Shown here piece after piece: positions 28,965 to 38,383 of a DNA stretch of 64,000 nt (its first letter is position 1; every line of letters starts with the position of its first letter). Below the pieces are notes generated by a model, which searched no databases, was not told the DNA's origin, and was given only the letters and a program-made list of their open reading frames with translations. Made by a program: the position numbers and the translations under genes. Origin of the DNA: Deltaproteobacteria bacterium (GTDB lineage: Bacteria; Myxococcota_A; UBA9160; SMWR01); the NCBI GenBank assembly GCA_032128375.1, contig JAQBGU010000188.1:64001-128000 (forward strand). Direction: 5' to 3'.

Positions 28965-30265
28965 GACGGAACGAATCCTGCTTCGTATTGCTGGATCATC
29001 TCTTCCCACTCGCCGACAGTGTACAGCTTCACCGGGTCGGACAGACAGACGACGACGTGATCCGCCCGGGTCGCGTACTGGTGTGTCGCGGTAAAGCGAA
29101 ACCATGCGCGGTAGTGCTCGAGAATTCGCGCCGTGTCCCGGTAGTCCTCGGCGATGATCTTGTGTCTCTTGCGGCCGTAGAAGTAGCCGAACTTTGTCTT
29201 CGGCAGAATCTCGCCTTCGGCAATCTGCTTACGCAGACGTTCGGGCGGCGTCCAGATCGTCAGGAAGGTGACGTGCTCTGCCGCTTGCAACACGTCCATC
29301 GCCTCGTCGCGCTCGTTTGTCTTCGCGCTGCGAAGGTAGGGACGCAAGAAGTCGTAATGGAGCATCATCTTGTCGACTTGGGGTTCGCTGGGCTTCCATA
29401 GCCGGTTCGCGTGGACGTAGGGACCCCAGTCCGCGCCGTCTTCGATGCCGATCCTCGCAGCCACCTCGGGGAGCTGGTTGGCCACGAGCTTGCGGCAGCA
29501 GGTTTTCTTACCAGACGCGGTGGGGCCGTTGACGATGACCAGGCGCTTGATCCGGCGCTTGTGGGCAATCGTGATGTAGCGGTCTTTGTGATCCGATTGC
29601 TGGGTTTCCACTTTCGCGAAGATGTTCCGGTGGAAGCGCAGCAGGTTGTCGATCGCTTGTGACGTGAAGAAAAACTTCTGGACGCTGCGCTTTCCCCAGG
29701 TCCCGTTACGGCTCACGAAGACGACCGGCGAGCGCTTCAGGAAAAAGTTGGCGACGGGTGACACGGCGACCTTGCGGCGATCGTGCCCGCCGAGCGAGGC
29801 GACCTCCAGGATCAGCCGTTCTTTCGCGATATCGATCAGCAACTCCAGCAGCGATAGCGGATTTCGCATGTGGTGAAGCAGGTTCAAGCACAGCACGTAG
29901 TCGAATTTCTCTTCGATCGAATCCTTCTCGATGTCGAATTGCTCGAATGCGACCTTCGCTCCCATACAATCCGCCAACAGACGAGCCTTGCGGATGCTGT
30001 CGGCGTCGACGTCGACGCCCAACACGCGATCGGCGCCGCGCTTCTGCGCCTCGAAACAGAAGTACCCGAACTTGCTTCCCAGATCGAGCACCGTCTTGCC
30101 CGTCATGTCGTCGGGAAAGATCATCGCCGCGGTCGTTGAGCGATCGTAACCGCCGGTAGACAGGCCGTACGGCAGCTCGATATTCTGGTATTTGAAGTCG
30201 TCGGCGGCGAGCATCTGCTCGACCTGCGCTTTCGACCAATTCGTCTGGAAGATGGAATCGGGCAT
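28961..30265 (-). CDS. Class I SAM methyltransferase fused to a P-loop domain
   Basis: VLDLGSKFG, VLGVD and FDYVLCLNLLHH in the N-terminal half. VIVNGPTASGKKT in the C-terminal half. Confidence 0.8.
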   Translation of the reverse strand: MPDSIFQTNWSKAQVEQMLAADDFKYQNIELPYGLSTGGYDRSTTAAMIFPDDMTGKTVLDLGSKFGYFCFEAQKRGADRVLGVDVDADSIRKARLLADCMGAKVAFEQFDIEKDSIEEKFDYVLCLNLLHHMRNPLSLLELLIDIAKERLILEVASLGGHDRRKVAVSPVANFFLKRSPVVFVSRNGTWGKRSVQKFFFTSQAIDNLLRFHRNIFAKVETQQSDHKDRYITIAHKRRIKRLVIVNGPTASGKKTCCRKLVANQLPEVAARIGIEDGADWGPYVHANRLWKPSEPQVDKMMLHYDFLRPYLRSAKTNERDEAMDVLQAAEHVTFLTIWTPPERLRKQIAEGEILPKTKFGYFYGRKRHKIIAEDYRDTARILEHYRAWFRFTATHQYATRADHVVVCLSDPVKLYTVGEWEEMIQQYEAGFVPS

Positions 30266-30385
30266 TCAGGCGGCGGATGCTAACGGATCAATCCGCCTGC
30301 GTCCGGCGATCGATTCCGCGAGCTTGGGCGAATTCTTCAGCGTCGTCGCCTGCACGCCAGAGCTGGCGCTCGACCGCGCGGACGC

Positions 30386-30976
30386 CTAGAACTGCATCCC
30401 CGAAGCCCTTCGGTAGCGGTTCCACGAGCCGCAATACGCGAGTTGATCTGACATGTCGCCTGCGATCTGGGCAGACATGGGAGACATGGGAAGAGCGGAA
30501 ACCAGGGCTCCCGCTCCGCAGCGGACTGGCTGGCCAAAAGACACGCTGCGACTACGCCGAGCATCGACCGCCGATACGATTGTCTCGATCAACACATCGG
30601 GTCCGAAGTTCCCCTTCACGAGGAAGTGATCCGCCCCGGCGCGCATCGACTGTTCGGCGACGTCACACTCATCGACGCCGGTCAAAACGACGATCGGCAG
30701 CTCGGACGCGATCGCTCGCGCGCTGACCAGCGTTTCGATTCCCAGGCTGTCGGGCAGCCCGAGGTCGAGCAGCATGCAATCATATCCGCTGAGTTCGAAA
30801 TGGCGCGCGACATCGGGCAACCGTTCGGCCGGCGTCACCTGGAATTTTCGCGACTCCGCCTGCCGCAACCATGTTCGGACGAGCCGGTCGGAGTCGTCCT
30901 CGATCGACAGAACATGGATCGTTGAAATCGGATCAATCACCTGTGTTACCTCCATGCACGGGCAGGCGGTCGCCAT
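30386..30976 (-). CDS. Response-regulator receiver protein (no output domain recognised)
   Basis: VLSIEDD, LLDLGLPD, IVVLTG and GADHFLVK. The tail looks low-quality and the start is uncertain. Confidence 0.7.
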   Translation of the reverse strand: MATACPCMEVTQVIDPISTIHVLSIEDDSDRLVRTWLRQAESRKFQVTPAERLPDVARHFELSGYDCMLLDLGLPDSLGIETLVSARAIASELPIVVLTGVDECDVAEQSMRAGADHFLVKGNFGPDVLIETIVSAVDARRSRSVSFGQPVRCGAGALVSALPMSPMSAQIAGDMSDQLAYCGSWNRYRRASGMQF

Positions 30977-31611
30977 CCCGCGCCTGATACTCGAACCAAG
31001 CCAAATCTGCTTCGAGTGATGCGCTGGTTCAGTTTGTGCTCGCGAGACAGCCGATGCGGCTCACGAGCGGCTCCAGGAACGACGCTGCGCCGTCGATAGG
31101 TTCTCGATCAACGTCTCGATATCCGCAGCATCGCCGGGAAGATCGAAATTCCTGCGCTGGCGCTGGTTCCCTCGCTCATCTGCACGCGCACAGCCTGGTC
31201 GAACGCGGTGAGGAAATTTTTTCTGGCTTTTTTCTGGCAATGAGTGGGGGAAGTCATCGACACGTCTCCTTGGAGAACGCGCGCCCTCCCCTCCCCGGAA
31301 CAGGCGTAGTTTCAAAAAAATTTCAGAGCCGCTCCATTTTTTGGAGCCGCTTCGCCGCCGCCGAGGTCACGCCGGTTCACGTGCGCGCCTCTATCAGCCA
31401 GCGTGCGATGTGAACGGAACGCGAGAGGGAAAACTTGAAGAAAATGCGCAGAGATTCTCGGAGAAAGTGCGCCTGCATTTGGAGTGCGCATCCAATTTCT
31501 CGGAAATTCCCCTTGCGGTTGATCGACTCGAATCGGCCGTTTGCTCGACGCTTGCACGTGCCGAGGAATTGCACGTGCGAGCATTTGCAGCCGAAGCTTC
31601 CGCCTGACTCG

Positions 31612-31862
31612 TCAGGGGCTGATTCGGTACGCGCAGCGCCTCGCACCGACCAGGATGTGTTCCTCGCGCTCGACCTGGGCGCTCTTTCCGAGTAGCGAAC
31701 GGATCAACGCATGTGTTGCCGGACGGCCATCGCGGTCACGCCCAAGCCCCTGGCCAACACGGATGCCGTCTGAGGACCCCTCCTTTTCAGATGAAAGAGG
31801 ATCTTGTCGCGGGTCCGTGCGCTTGCGTGATCCACCACCGTACGAGGATACTCGTGGGCCAT
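31612..31862 (-). pseudogene. Internally deleted HTH transcriptional regulator (COG2345/SufR-like)
   Basis: One frame gives TRDKILFHLKRRGPQTASVLARGLGVTAMAVRQHMR-stop. A second frame continues LIRSLLGKSAQVEREEHILVGARRCAYRISP-stop, the typical C-terminus of this family. Confidence 0.75.
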
Positions 31863-31943
31863 ACATTGCGTCGGTAGAAGCTTGCAATACCTTCGAAAGA
31901 ACTTTCCAATGCAATTGCGACAACGACGCTCTCGGCCTACGCG

Positions 31944-33329
31944 ATGCCTTCCAATGCGATGACTCCGCAGCGCGCCTCGAGCGCGAGCAAGAGCATGTAC
32001 GCGCTGGGCGATCACACCGTCAGCCTCGTGCTGTCAGCCGCCTCACTCCTGTATTTCAAGTTCCTGATGGACCACGCAGGACTCAGCCCGCTGCTGGCTG
32101 GGCTGGTGGTTTGGATCGCACGAATTGTCGACGCGTTCACCGACCCCGCGATGGGGCGCATTTCGGATACCACACGCTGGCGGGCAGGACGGCGCCGGCC
32201 TTACTTCCTGATCGGCGCGCTTCCGTTCGGGATCTTCTTTGCGCTGATGTGGGTGACGGTGCCGTTCGAGTCACAGCTCTTGCGTTTCGCTTATTATTCC
32301 ACGGTCTATGTGGGAGTCAGCCTGGCCATGACCTGCCTTTCGGTCCCCTACCTCGCGCTGCTACCCGAGATGGCCACAGACTACGACGAACGAACATCGT
32401 TCAATACCTTTCGCTCGGCGGCGGCGGTGTTGGGAACATGGGCTGCGGTCGCGATGAAGTCGGTCGCAGATGCGCTCGGCGGCGATGACCAGGCTTGGAC
32501 GCAGACGGCAACGCTGGCCGCGGTGTGGATTACGCTCCCGTGGCTCGCGGTCTACGCAGCGAGCTTCGAACGTCCCGAGTACCAGAACAGAAACCGCATC
32601 GGCTTCATCGCGGGCGCGCGAACCGTGTCGCGCCACGGCGCGTTTCGGATCCTGGCTTCGTTCTACATCCTGGCGCGAATCGCAGTCGACCTGATCGGCG
32701 CGATGTTTCTGCTGTATTTCGCCTATTGGATCGGCCGGGAGGAGGATTTCGCGCCAACGCTGGGCGCGTTCCTGCTGATCGTCGTCGCGGTGTTGCCAGC
32801 CTGGCTCGCGGTTTCGCGCCGCTTCGACAAGAAGTCGATATTCATCGTCGGTACGGCGTGGTGGAGCCTGACCCAGCTCGCGATCTTCTTGGCCCAACCC
32901 GATTGGCCACGCTGGCTCATGTTCGCGATCCCGGCTCTAGCGGCAATCGGCTATGCGGTCGCGGACTTGATGCCCTGGGCGATGCTGGGTGACGTGATCG
33001 ACGAGGACGAACTCGCGGCGGGTGATCGGCGCGAAGGGGTCTACGTCGGCTTCTTCATGTTTTTGCGCAAAGTCGGCGGCGCAACTGCGGTGTTGGCGAT
33101 TGGCGCGGTCTTGCAACTGGCCGGCTTTGCAAGCGACGCAATCGCATCGGAGCAGAGCCCGCAGGCACTTCAAGCAATCCGCGTGCTCACTTCGCTCGTG
33201 CCGATGGCGTTATTGCTGGCCTCGATCGCAGTCGCGACTCGATATCCGCTGACGCGCCAGGTGCACGGCCAGATCCTCGAAGGCCTGCGCGTTCGCCGCG
33301 AAGCGGAGGACACTCAACCGGCCGAGTGA
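31944..33329 (+). CDS. MFS transporter, GPH/MelB (glycoside-pentoside-hexuronide) family
   Basis: DAFTDPAMGRISD.TRWRAGRRRPY, PYLALLPEMATDYDER and DVIDEDE...RREGVY. Confidence 0.9.
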   Translation: MPSNAMTPQRASSASKSMYALGDHTVSLVLSAASLLYFKFLMDHAGLSPLLAGLVVWIARIVDAFTDPAMGRISDTTRWRAGRRRPYFLIGALPFGIFFALMWVTVPFESQLLRFAYYSTVYVGVSLAMTCLSVPYLALLPEMATDYDERTSFNTFRSAAAVLGTWAAVAMKSVADALGGDDQAWTQTATLAAVWITLPWLAVYAASFERPEYQNRNRIGFIAGARTVSRHGAFRILASFYILARIAVDLIGAMFLLYFAYWIGREEDFAPTLGAFLLIVVAVLPAWLAVSRRFDKKSIFIVGTAWWSLTQLAIFLAQPDWPRWLMFAIPALAAIGYAVADLMPWAMLGDVIDEDELAAGDRREGVYVGFFMFLRKVGGATAVLAIGAVLQLAGFASDAIASEQSPQALQAIRVLTSLVPMALLLASIAVATRYPLTRQVHGQILEGLRVRREAEDTQPAE

Positions 33330-33713
33330 TAGGTGGTGATAGTATCGCCACTGGATTCGCAACCTAACGATGGGGAACCACTTGCGAGCGACCCAGGCAT
33401 GCAAGCGCGCAGCCGCCAGCATCGGGACGTCGTCGACGATCTTCTGGGTCACGTCCCCGGTGACGTCTCTGGTGACGCTGTTAGCGACTTGGATGGCGAC
33501 GTTCTGGTTGGCGGACTGTGATTCGCACGAACTGTACGAAGGACAGCCCGCACAGTCGAGCGACGCCCTCTCAAGCTGGAAGGAGCCTCGAACTTCCGTG
33601 ATCTCGGCGGTTCGACGCGTTCCGCCGTGATGCACTCAGGATCGACGACGCGGAATTGGCCGCGTTTCGGCAGATGGCCCTGGAGAAAGCAGGCGGGTAA
33701 CTGCGCGCGCAGC

Positions 33714-35114
33714 CTAGAGTCCGACCGTCAACTCCCGCAGGCCCTCATTCATCAATCGGCGCACACCCGGGTGTGCGCGAAACGTGATGTGCGCCCCCTG
33801 ATACCACTCGATCCTCGGCCGATCCCAGTGTGCCCACAAATCCCGAACCTGCGCGACCGGGACCAACCGGTCAGCGACCGCAGCAAAGATGAACCGTCCA
33901 GCGACCGGAACCCGAGGCTTCAGCAGTAGCGGCGACACGACCCGCATCACTTCTCTCATCTGCTCTTCGAACCCGTTGTCCAACGCTTCCTGAAATTCCA
34001 ACGTTGAGCCGTGCTGCATCACGACACCCGGAATATCCGCGAGCGGTATCCCGGCGATCGCACACGCGAGTCCATCTTCGAGCGTCGAGAGCAACGCAGT
34101 GTTGTACCCACCCAACGAATAGCCGAGCACGCCGATCGAAGCGTCGCCCTGCTCGCGCACCCAGCCGAGCATCCGACGGATGTCCCACATCGCTTGCGCC
34201 TCAGCGTGAACGCTGTCCATGATATCGCCAGACAGGAATCCGTCGCCGCTGCGTCGACCGGCCTTGCGAGTGCCATGCAGCGGAAGTACTGGCACAATCA
34301 GATTCAACCCCAGTTCGTGATGCAACCAAGCAGGCGGGAACGCCAGCAGGTCGATCCCCGCCGAGCCCATCTGGTAGCCGTGGATGCATACGAGCCACGG
34401 CCGGTCTTCCGGGTGACGCAATACCCAGGCGTGCGCGGTGCGATTGGCACCGTATGAGTGCCAGCGGTCTGCGCCGGGTTCATCGGGATGGGCACGGTAG
34501 CCACTGTCGAAACTCAACTGCTCGTAGTGGGTGCCTAGAGAACGCGCTGAACGGAACCTGGGTGACTCCAGCGGCGGCGGTGCTGAGTGATATGCGAGCG
34601 GATCCGCGAGCCAGCCCTTGCTGCCGAACATCTCTTGTGCAGCCGTGACTTCGCCGACGATCCGGGCGACGTCGCTGCGTCTGGGGAACGGCATGAATGC
34701 GACCATGCTGGCCAGTAACGCCTCGTCGGCCGCGACCTGGGCGGACAGAGCAAGCGACCGGACCGGTGAAGGGACGCCTTCGGCGGGCGTTTCCAAGCGC
34801 ATGGCGTGACTCCCACATGCGAGAAAGCCCAGCGCCGAAATTCCCATCAATGCGAGGCCGGTCCAAAATCCGACAACGAGCACGGCCACCGCGGACAACA
34901 ACCCGCCGATCACGCCGCCGGCAGCGCCAAAATGCGTGATGCGCGGATCGCCCGGCCAGAGCAGCATCGCGACACCGCTACCGAGCAGCAGGCAACCGGG
35001 AACCGCCGCCAGTAAGGCAAATACCCAACCGTGCCCCAGAGCGAGCCACAGCCATCCCAGTCCTGCCAATAGCGGCAGCCAGGCTTCGCGGGGGAATCGC
35101 AGTCGTTCCGGCAT
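33714..35114 (-). CDS. Membrane-anchored alpha/beta hydrolase
   Basis: N-terminal TM helices, CIHGY, nucleophile elbow GYSLGG, ADRLVP and GAH. Confidence 0.8.
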   Translation of the reverse strand: MPERLRFPREAWLPLLAGLGWLWLALGHGWVFALLAAVPGCLLLGSGVAMLLWPGDPRITHFGAAGGVIGGLLSAVAVLVVGFWTGLALMGISALGFLACGSHAMRLETPAEGVPSPVRSLALSAQVAADEALLASMVAFMPFPRRSDVARIVGEVTAAQEMFGSKGWLADPLAYHSAPPPLESPRFRSARSLGTHYEQLSFDSGYRAHPDEPGADRWHSYGANRTAHAWVLRHPEDRPWLVCIHGYQMGSAGIDLLAFPPAWLHHELGLNLIVPVLPLHGTRKAGRRSGDGFLSGDIMDSVHAEAQAMWDIRRMLGWVREQGDASIGVLGYSLGGYNTALLSTLEDGLACAIAGIPLADIPGVVMQHGSTLEFQEALDNGFEEQMREVMRVVSPLLLKPRVPVAGRFIFAAVADRLVPVAQVRDLWAHWDRPRIEWYQGAHITFRAHPGVRRLMNEGLRELTVGL

Positions 35115-35242
35115 GGGGCCTCCGACGCAAATCCAGGTGGGGACGCTGGGTCCGCAAACAGCCGGTATGGCGTGCTCAGACCTCGATAAGCCGCCCTGGA
35201 TCGCGCATGGGTGGTGTCATGTTTGAAGGAAAAGCGGGTTGA

Positions 35243-37744
35243 ATGAACGAACGATACCCCGCGCGCGGCGGTGGTCAATCTGACACTCGAATGCCTTTCG
35301 GAGTGATAGACTCGATACAGATGGCCTGCCTCGACTCCAGCCCCGATGCCCCCCTCGACCCTGCCCTCGAGCGGGTGGCCTTGACCGACGAACCCGGCTG
35401 GCCGGCGTCACACGCCGAGCCTGTGGTCTTTCTCGTCGATGCCTCGAGCCGACTCGAAGCGCGACTGCTCGAAGCCTGGGTCGAGCGAGTTCGACCCGAG
35501 GGGGGGGACGCGTCACAGCATGAGAGCATCCGATTGCCCCCTAGCCGGAGACGCCGAGCGGGTGCAACACTCGATCGACTCGAAGTTCGACTCGCGGCGG
35601 GCGACGACCCGCTGCTCGCTCCACTGCGTATCGTGTGGCTGGCGGCCGAGCGTGACGGAAAGCGCGCGGCTCGCTTCGTAAACCTGTTGACGCTCGGCGA
35701 CCCGCGCGATCCGGGTACGCTGCGCCAGCGGTTGATCCTGAGTCGAAACCCCGACCGGTGTCGTATTGTTGCTGGAGCGGCAGCGCGATTGTCCGAGCTT
35801 CGCGAGCGCTGGCGCAAGCTAGGCGGTTCCGATGCCAACCTGACCCAGAGCCTGCCCGAATTCGTCGCCCGTCAGGCCGCTCTCGCATCCGAGCGCGCCG
35901 AACGTCGAGTACGCGGCGCGCGCTACAAAGTGCCGCGGTTGGTTCACGAGGACATCCTCGACCGCCCGGCCTTCCGCGGCGGCGCGCTGCGCTTGGCGCG
36001 ACAGCTCGACCACAACGAACCGGCCGTAGTCAAGCAGATGTCGCGCTACCTCCGGGAGATTGCCGCGACCCACAGCCCGTACGTAATCGATCTGGCCGCA
36101 CACTTGATTCGCCGGCTCTACACACTCGGGTACGACGAGGCACTGGCGTACGACCGCGACCAACTCGCGCGCATTGCCGCGCTGTCACAGCGCCACCCGG
36201 TCGTGATGTTGCCATCACACAAGTCGAACCTGGATCACCTCGTGCTGCAATACATGCTGTACGAAAACGGCCACCCGCCGAATCACACGGCCGGCGGAAT
36301 CAACATGAACTTTTTTCCGGTCGGCCCGCTGGTTCGGCGAAGCGGGACCTTTTTCATCCGGCGCACGTTCAAGGACAATCCGATCTACAAGTTCGTGTTG
36401 CAGCACTACGTCGACTACTTGATCGAGAAGCGCTTCCCACTCGAGTGGTACATCGAAGGCGGACGCTCCCGATCCGGCAAACTGCTACCGCCGCGATTCG
36501 GGATGCTCGCGTATGTTGTCGACGCCTACCGCCGCGGGAAGAGCGAAGATGTGCTGCTGATCCCGATCTCGATCGCTTACGACCAGATCCAGGATGTGAC
36601 TTCGTACGCCGCCGAGCAATCGGGTGCAATGAAGCAAGCCGAAGGCCTGGGTTGGTTCATCTCGTTGATTCGGTCGCTGAGGCGCCGCTATGGCACGGTG
36701 CGGATCCGCTTCGGAGAGCCGCTTTCACTGGCGAAGGTGCTGGGAGAGCCCAACCCCGACGCTGAACCGGACCCCGATGAACAGAGCCTTTCGGTGCAGA
36801 AGATCGCGTTCGAAGTCGCGGTTCGGATCAACGAGGTCACGCCCATCACCGCCACTTCGCTGGTCACGCTGGCCTTGCTGGGACGCGGGGACCGGGCTGT
36901 GACCGTTCCGGAAACCGTTACCGCGGTCGAAAACCTGCTCGCCTACGTGCGGCGTCGCGATTTGCCGCGAACGTCGGAGCTCGAACTCGACGACCCCGAC
37001 GAGGTCGAGCGCACGCTCGAGGCGCTGGTCGAAAACAACGTCGTCTCGCGTTTCGATGGTGGACCCGAAGTCGTCTACCGGATCGGCGCCGAACAACAGC
37101 TGACCGCCGCCTACTACCGCAATACGATTATTCACTTCTTCATCACGTCGGCAATCGCGGAACTCGCGCTGCTTCGCGCCGCCGAGCCCGGAGTGAAAGA
37201 CCCGACGGCATCGTTCTGGGACGAGGCCATGGCGCTGCGCGATCTTCTGAAGTTCGAATTCTTCTTCTCGGAAAAGGAAGTCTATCGAGGTGAATTGCGT
37301 CGAGAATTGGGAATACACGACAGTGCGTGGGAACAGCGCCTCGCCGAAGGCTCGCTGGGGATCCAGCGACTGATCCGGAATTTTCGACCTTTTACGTCCC
37401 ACCGAGTGCTGCGCCCCTTTCTCGATGCGTATCGTCTGGTCGGCGACCACCTCGAACGTTGGGATCCCGATACCGAGGTCGACGAAGGCCGCTTCGTCAC
37501 CGAGTGCATGGGACTGGGCAAGCAGTATCTCCTGCAGGGTACGATCCACAGCGCGGCATCGGTATCGCAACTGCTGATCAAGACCGCGCTGAAAGTCGCC
37601 GCGAACCGCGGATTGTTGAAGACCGGAGCGCCCGACCAGCGGGAACAGCGCAGAGAATTCGCGGAAGAGATTCACGCCGGTGTGCGGAGAATCGATGCGA
37701 TCGATGCACTGGCAGCTGGGCGGCGGGCAGGGATCATCGGATAG
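35243..37744 (+). CDS. plsB: Glycerol-3-phosphate 1-O-acyltransferase
   Basis: HKSNLD (HxxxxD), FFIRR, YIEGGRSRSGK and YYRN. Start uncertain (35243-35321). Confidence 0.88.
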   Translation: MNERYPARGGGQSDTRMPFGVIDSIQMACLDSSPDAPLDPALERVALTDEPGWPASHAEPVVFLVDASSRLEARLLEAWVERVRPEGGDASQHESIRLPPSRRRRAGATLDRLEVRLAAGDDPLLAPLRIVWLAAERDGKRAARFVNLLTLGDPRDPGTLRQRLILSRNPDRCRIVAGAAARLSELRERWRKLGGSDANLTQSLPEFVARQAALASERAERRVRGARYKVPRLVHEDILDRPAFRGGALRLARQLDHNEPAVVKQMSRYLREIAATHSPYVIDLAAHLIRRLYTLGYDEALAYDRDQLARIAALSQRHPVVMLPSHKSNLDHLVLQYMLYENGHPPNHTAGGINMNFFPVGPLVRRSGTFFIRRTFKDNPIYKFVLQHYVDYLIEKRFPLEWYIEGGRSRSGKLLPPRFGMLAYVVDAYRRGKSEDVLLIPISIAYDQIQDVTSYAAEQSGAMKQAEGLGWFISLIRSLRRRYGTVRIRFGEPLSLAKVLGEPNPDAEPDPDEQSLSVQKIAFEVAVRINEVTPITATSLVTLALLGRGDRAVTVPETVTAVENLLAYVRRRDLPRTSELELDDPDEVERTLEALVENNVVSRFDGGPEVVYRIGAEQQLTAAYYRNTIIHFFITSAIAELALLRAAEPGVKDPTASFWDEAMALRDLLKFEFFFSEKEVYRGELRRELGIHDSAWEQRLAEGSLGIQRLIRNFRPFTSHRVLRPFLDAYRLVGDHLERWDPDTEVDEGRFVTECMGLGKQYLLQGTIHSAASVSQLLIKTALKVAANRGLLKTGAPDQREQRREFAEEIHAGVRRIDAIDALAAGRRAGIIG

Positions 37745-37753
37745 TACCGCTCT

Positions 37754-38209
37754 TCACTGGCGCTCGTTCGCGATCACCCCGAATACCCGCAGAATTTTTC
37801 GCGTTCGGGGCGTCAGCTCAGCTTCGATTCGACCGTTGGCCAGGTCCCGCTCGGTCAGCATCTCGAACCCGAGGCTCTCCCCGGAATCCGCTTCGAGAGA
37901 CAAGTACTGCTCGTGTGTGATCGTCAGCTCGAACAGGTGATGGGGTGCCTGGTCGACGATCCGGGTGTCGAAGCCAGGCGCGCCGGCCTCGGCGATCCGG
38001 GCAAGCTCTCCGGTTCGCTCCTCTTCGCGGAGCTCGCGCAGCAGCGCCTCGATCGGCGACTCGTTCTCATCGAGATGGCCGCCCAGCATTTCGAGCCCAT
38101 TGTGCTTCCGCTTGCCCGGGGCATTCTTGCGGGACAGCAACGCGAACCGCACACCGTTTTGCACGACGACGATCCGCGCCTTGGCGACGGCGGTTGTCTT
38201 CCGCGACAT
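37754..38209 (-). CDS. NUDIX hydrolase
   Basis: Nudix box GGHLDENESPIEALLRELREE. Confidence 0.75.
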   Translation of the reverse strand: MSRKTTAVAKARIVVVQNGVRFALLSRKNAPGKRKHNGLEMLGGHLDENESPIEALLRELREEERTGELARIAEAGAPGFDTRIVDQAPHHLFELTITHEQYLSLEADSGESLGFEMLTERDLANGRIEAELTPRTRKILRVFGVIANERQ

Positions 38210-38383
38210 ACACGACAACGTACTGTGAGCTGATCCGCTTCGCTCCGACCGGTTTCGTTTGGGGATTGGGCCGCTCGGTTTCGCTGCGAAGTCGGAATTC
38301 GGGTACAGGTTTTGATTCGAGTACGGCAACTGGAACAGATCGACAAGAACCGGTTGCGATGTGCACCTCAGTGAGAGCTGGAT

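Noticed and set aside
31341..31607. Small helical ORF, possibly an Hpt remnant
   Set aside because: No Hpt His motif is recognisable and coding status is unsupported.
31944..33329. GPH transporters as MFSD2-like sphingolipid carriers
   Set aside because: Family membership alone cannot separate sugar from lipid substrates, and neither copy lies within the cpg-like operon.
33330..33713. Short ORFs between the GPH transporter and the hydrolase
   Set aside because: Several overlapping frames, none with motifs or a clear ribosome-binding site.
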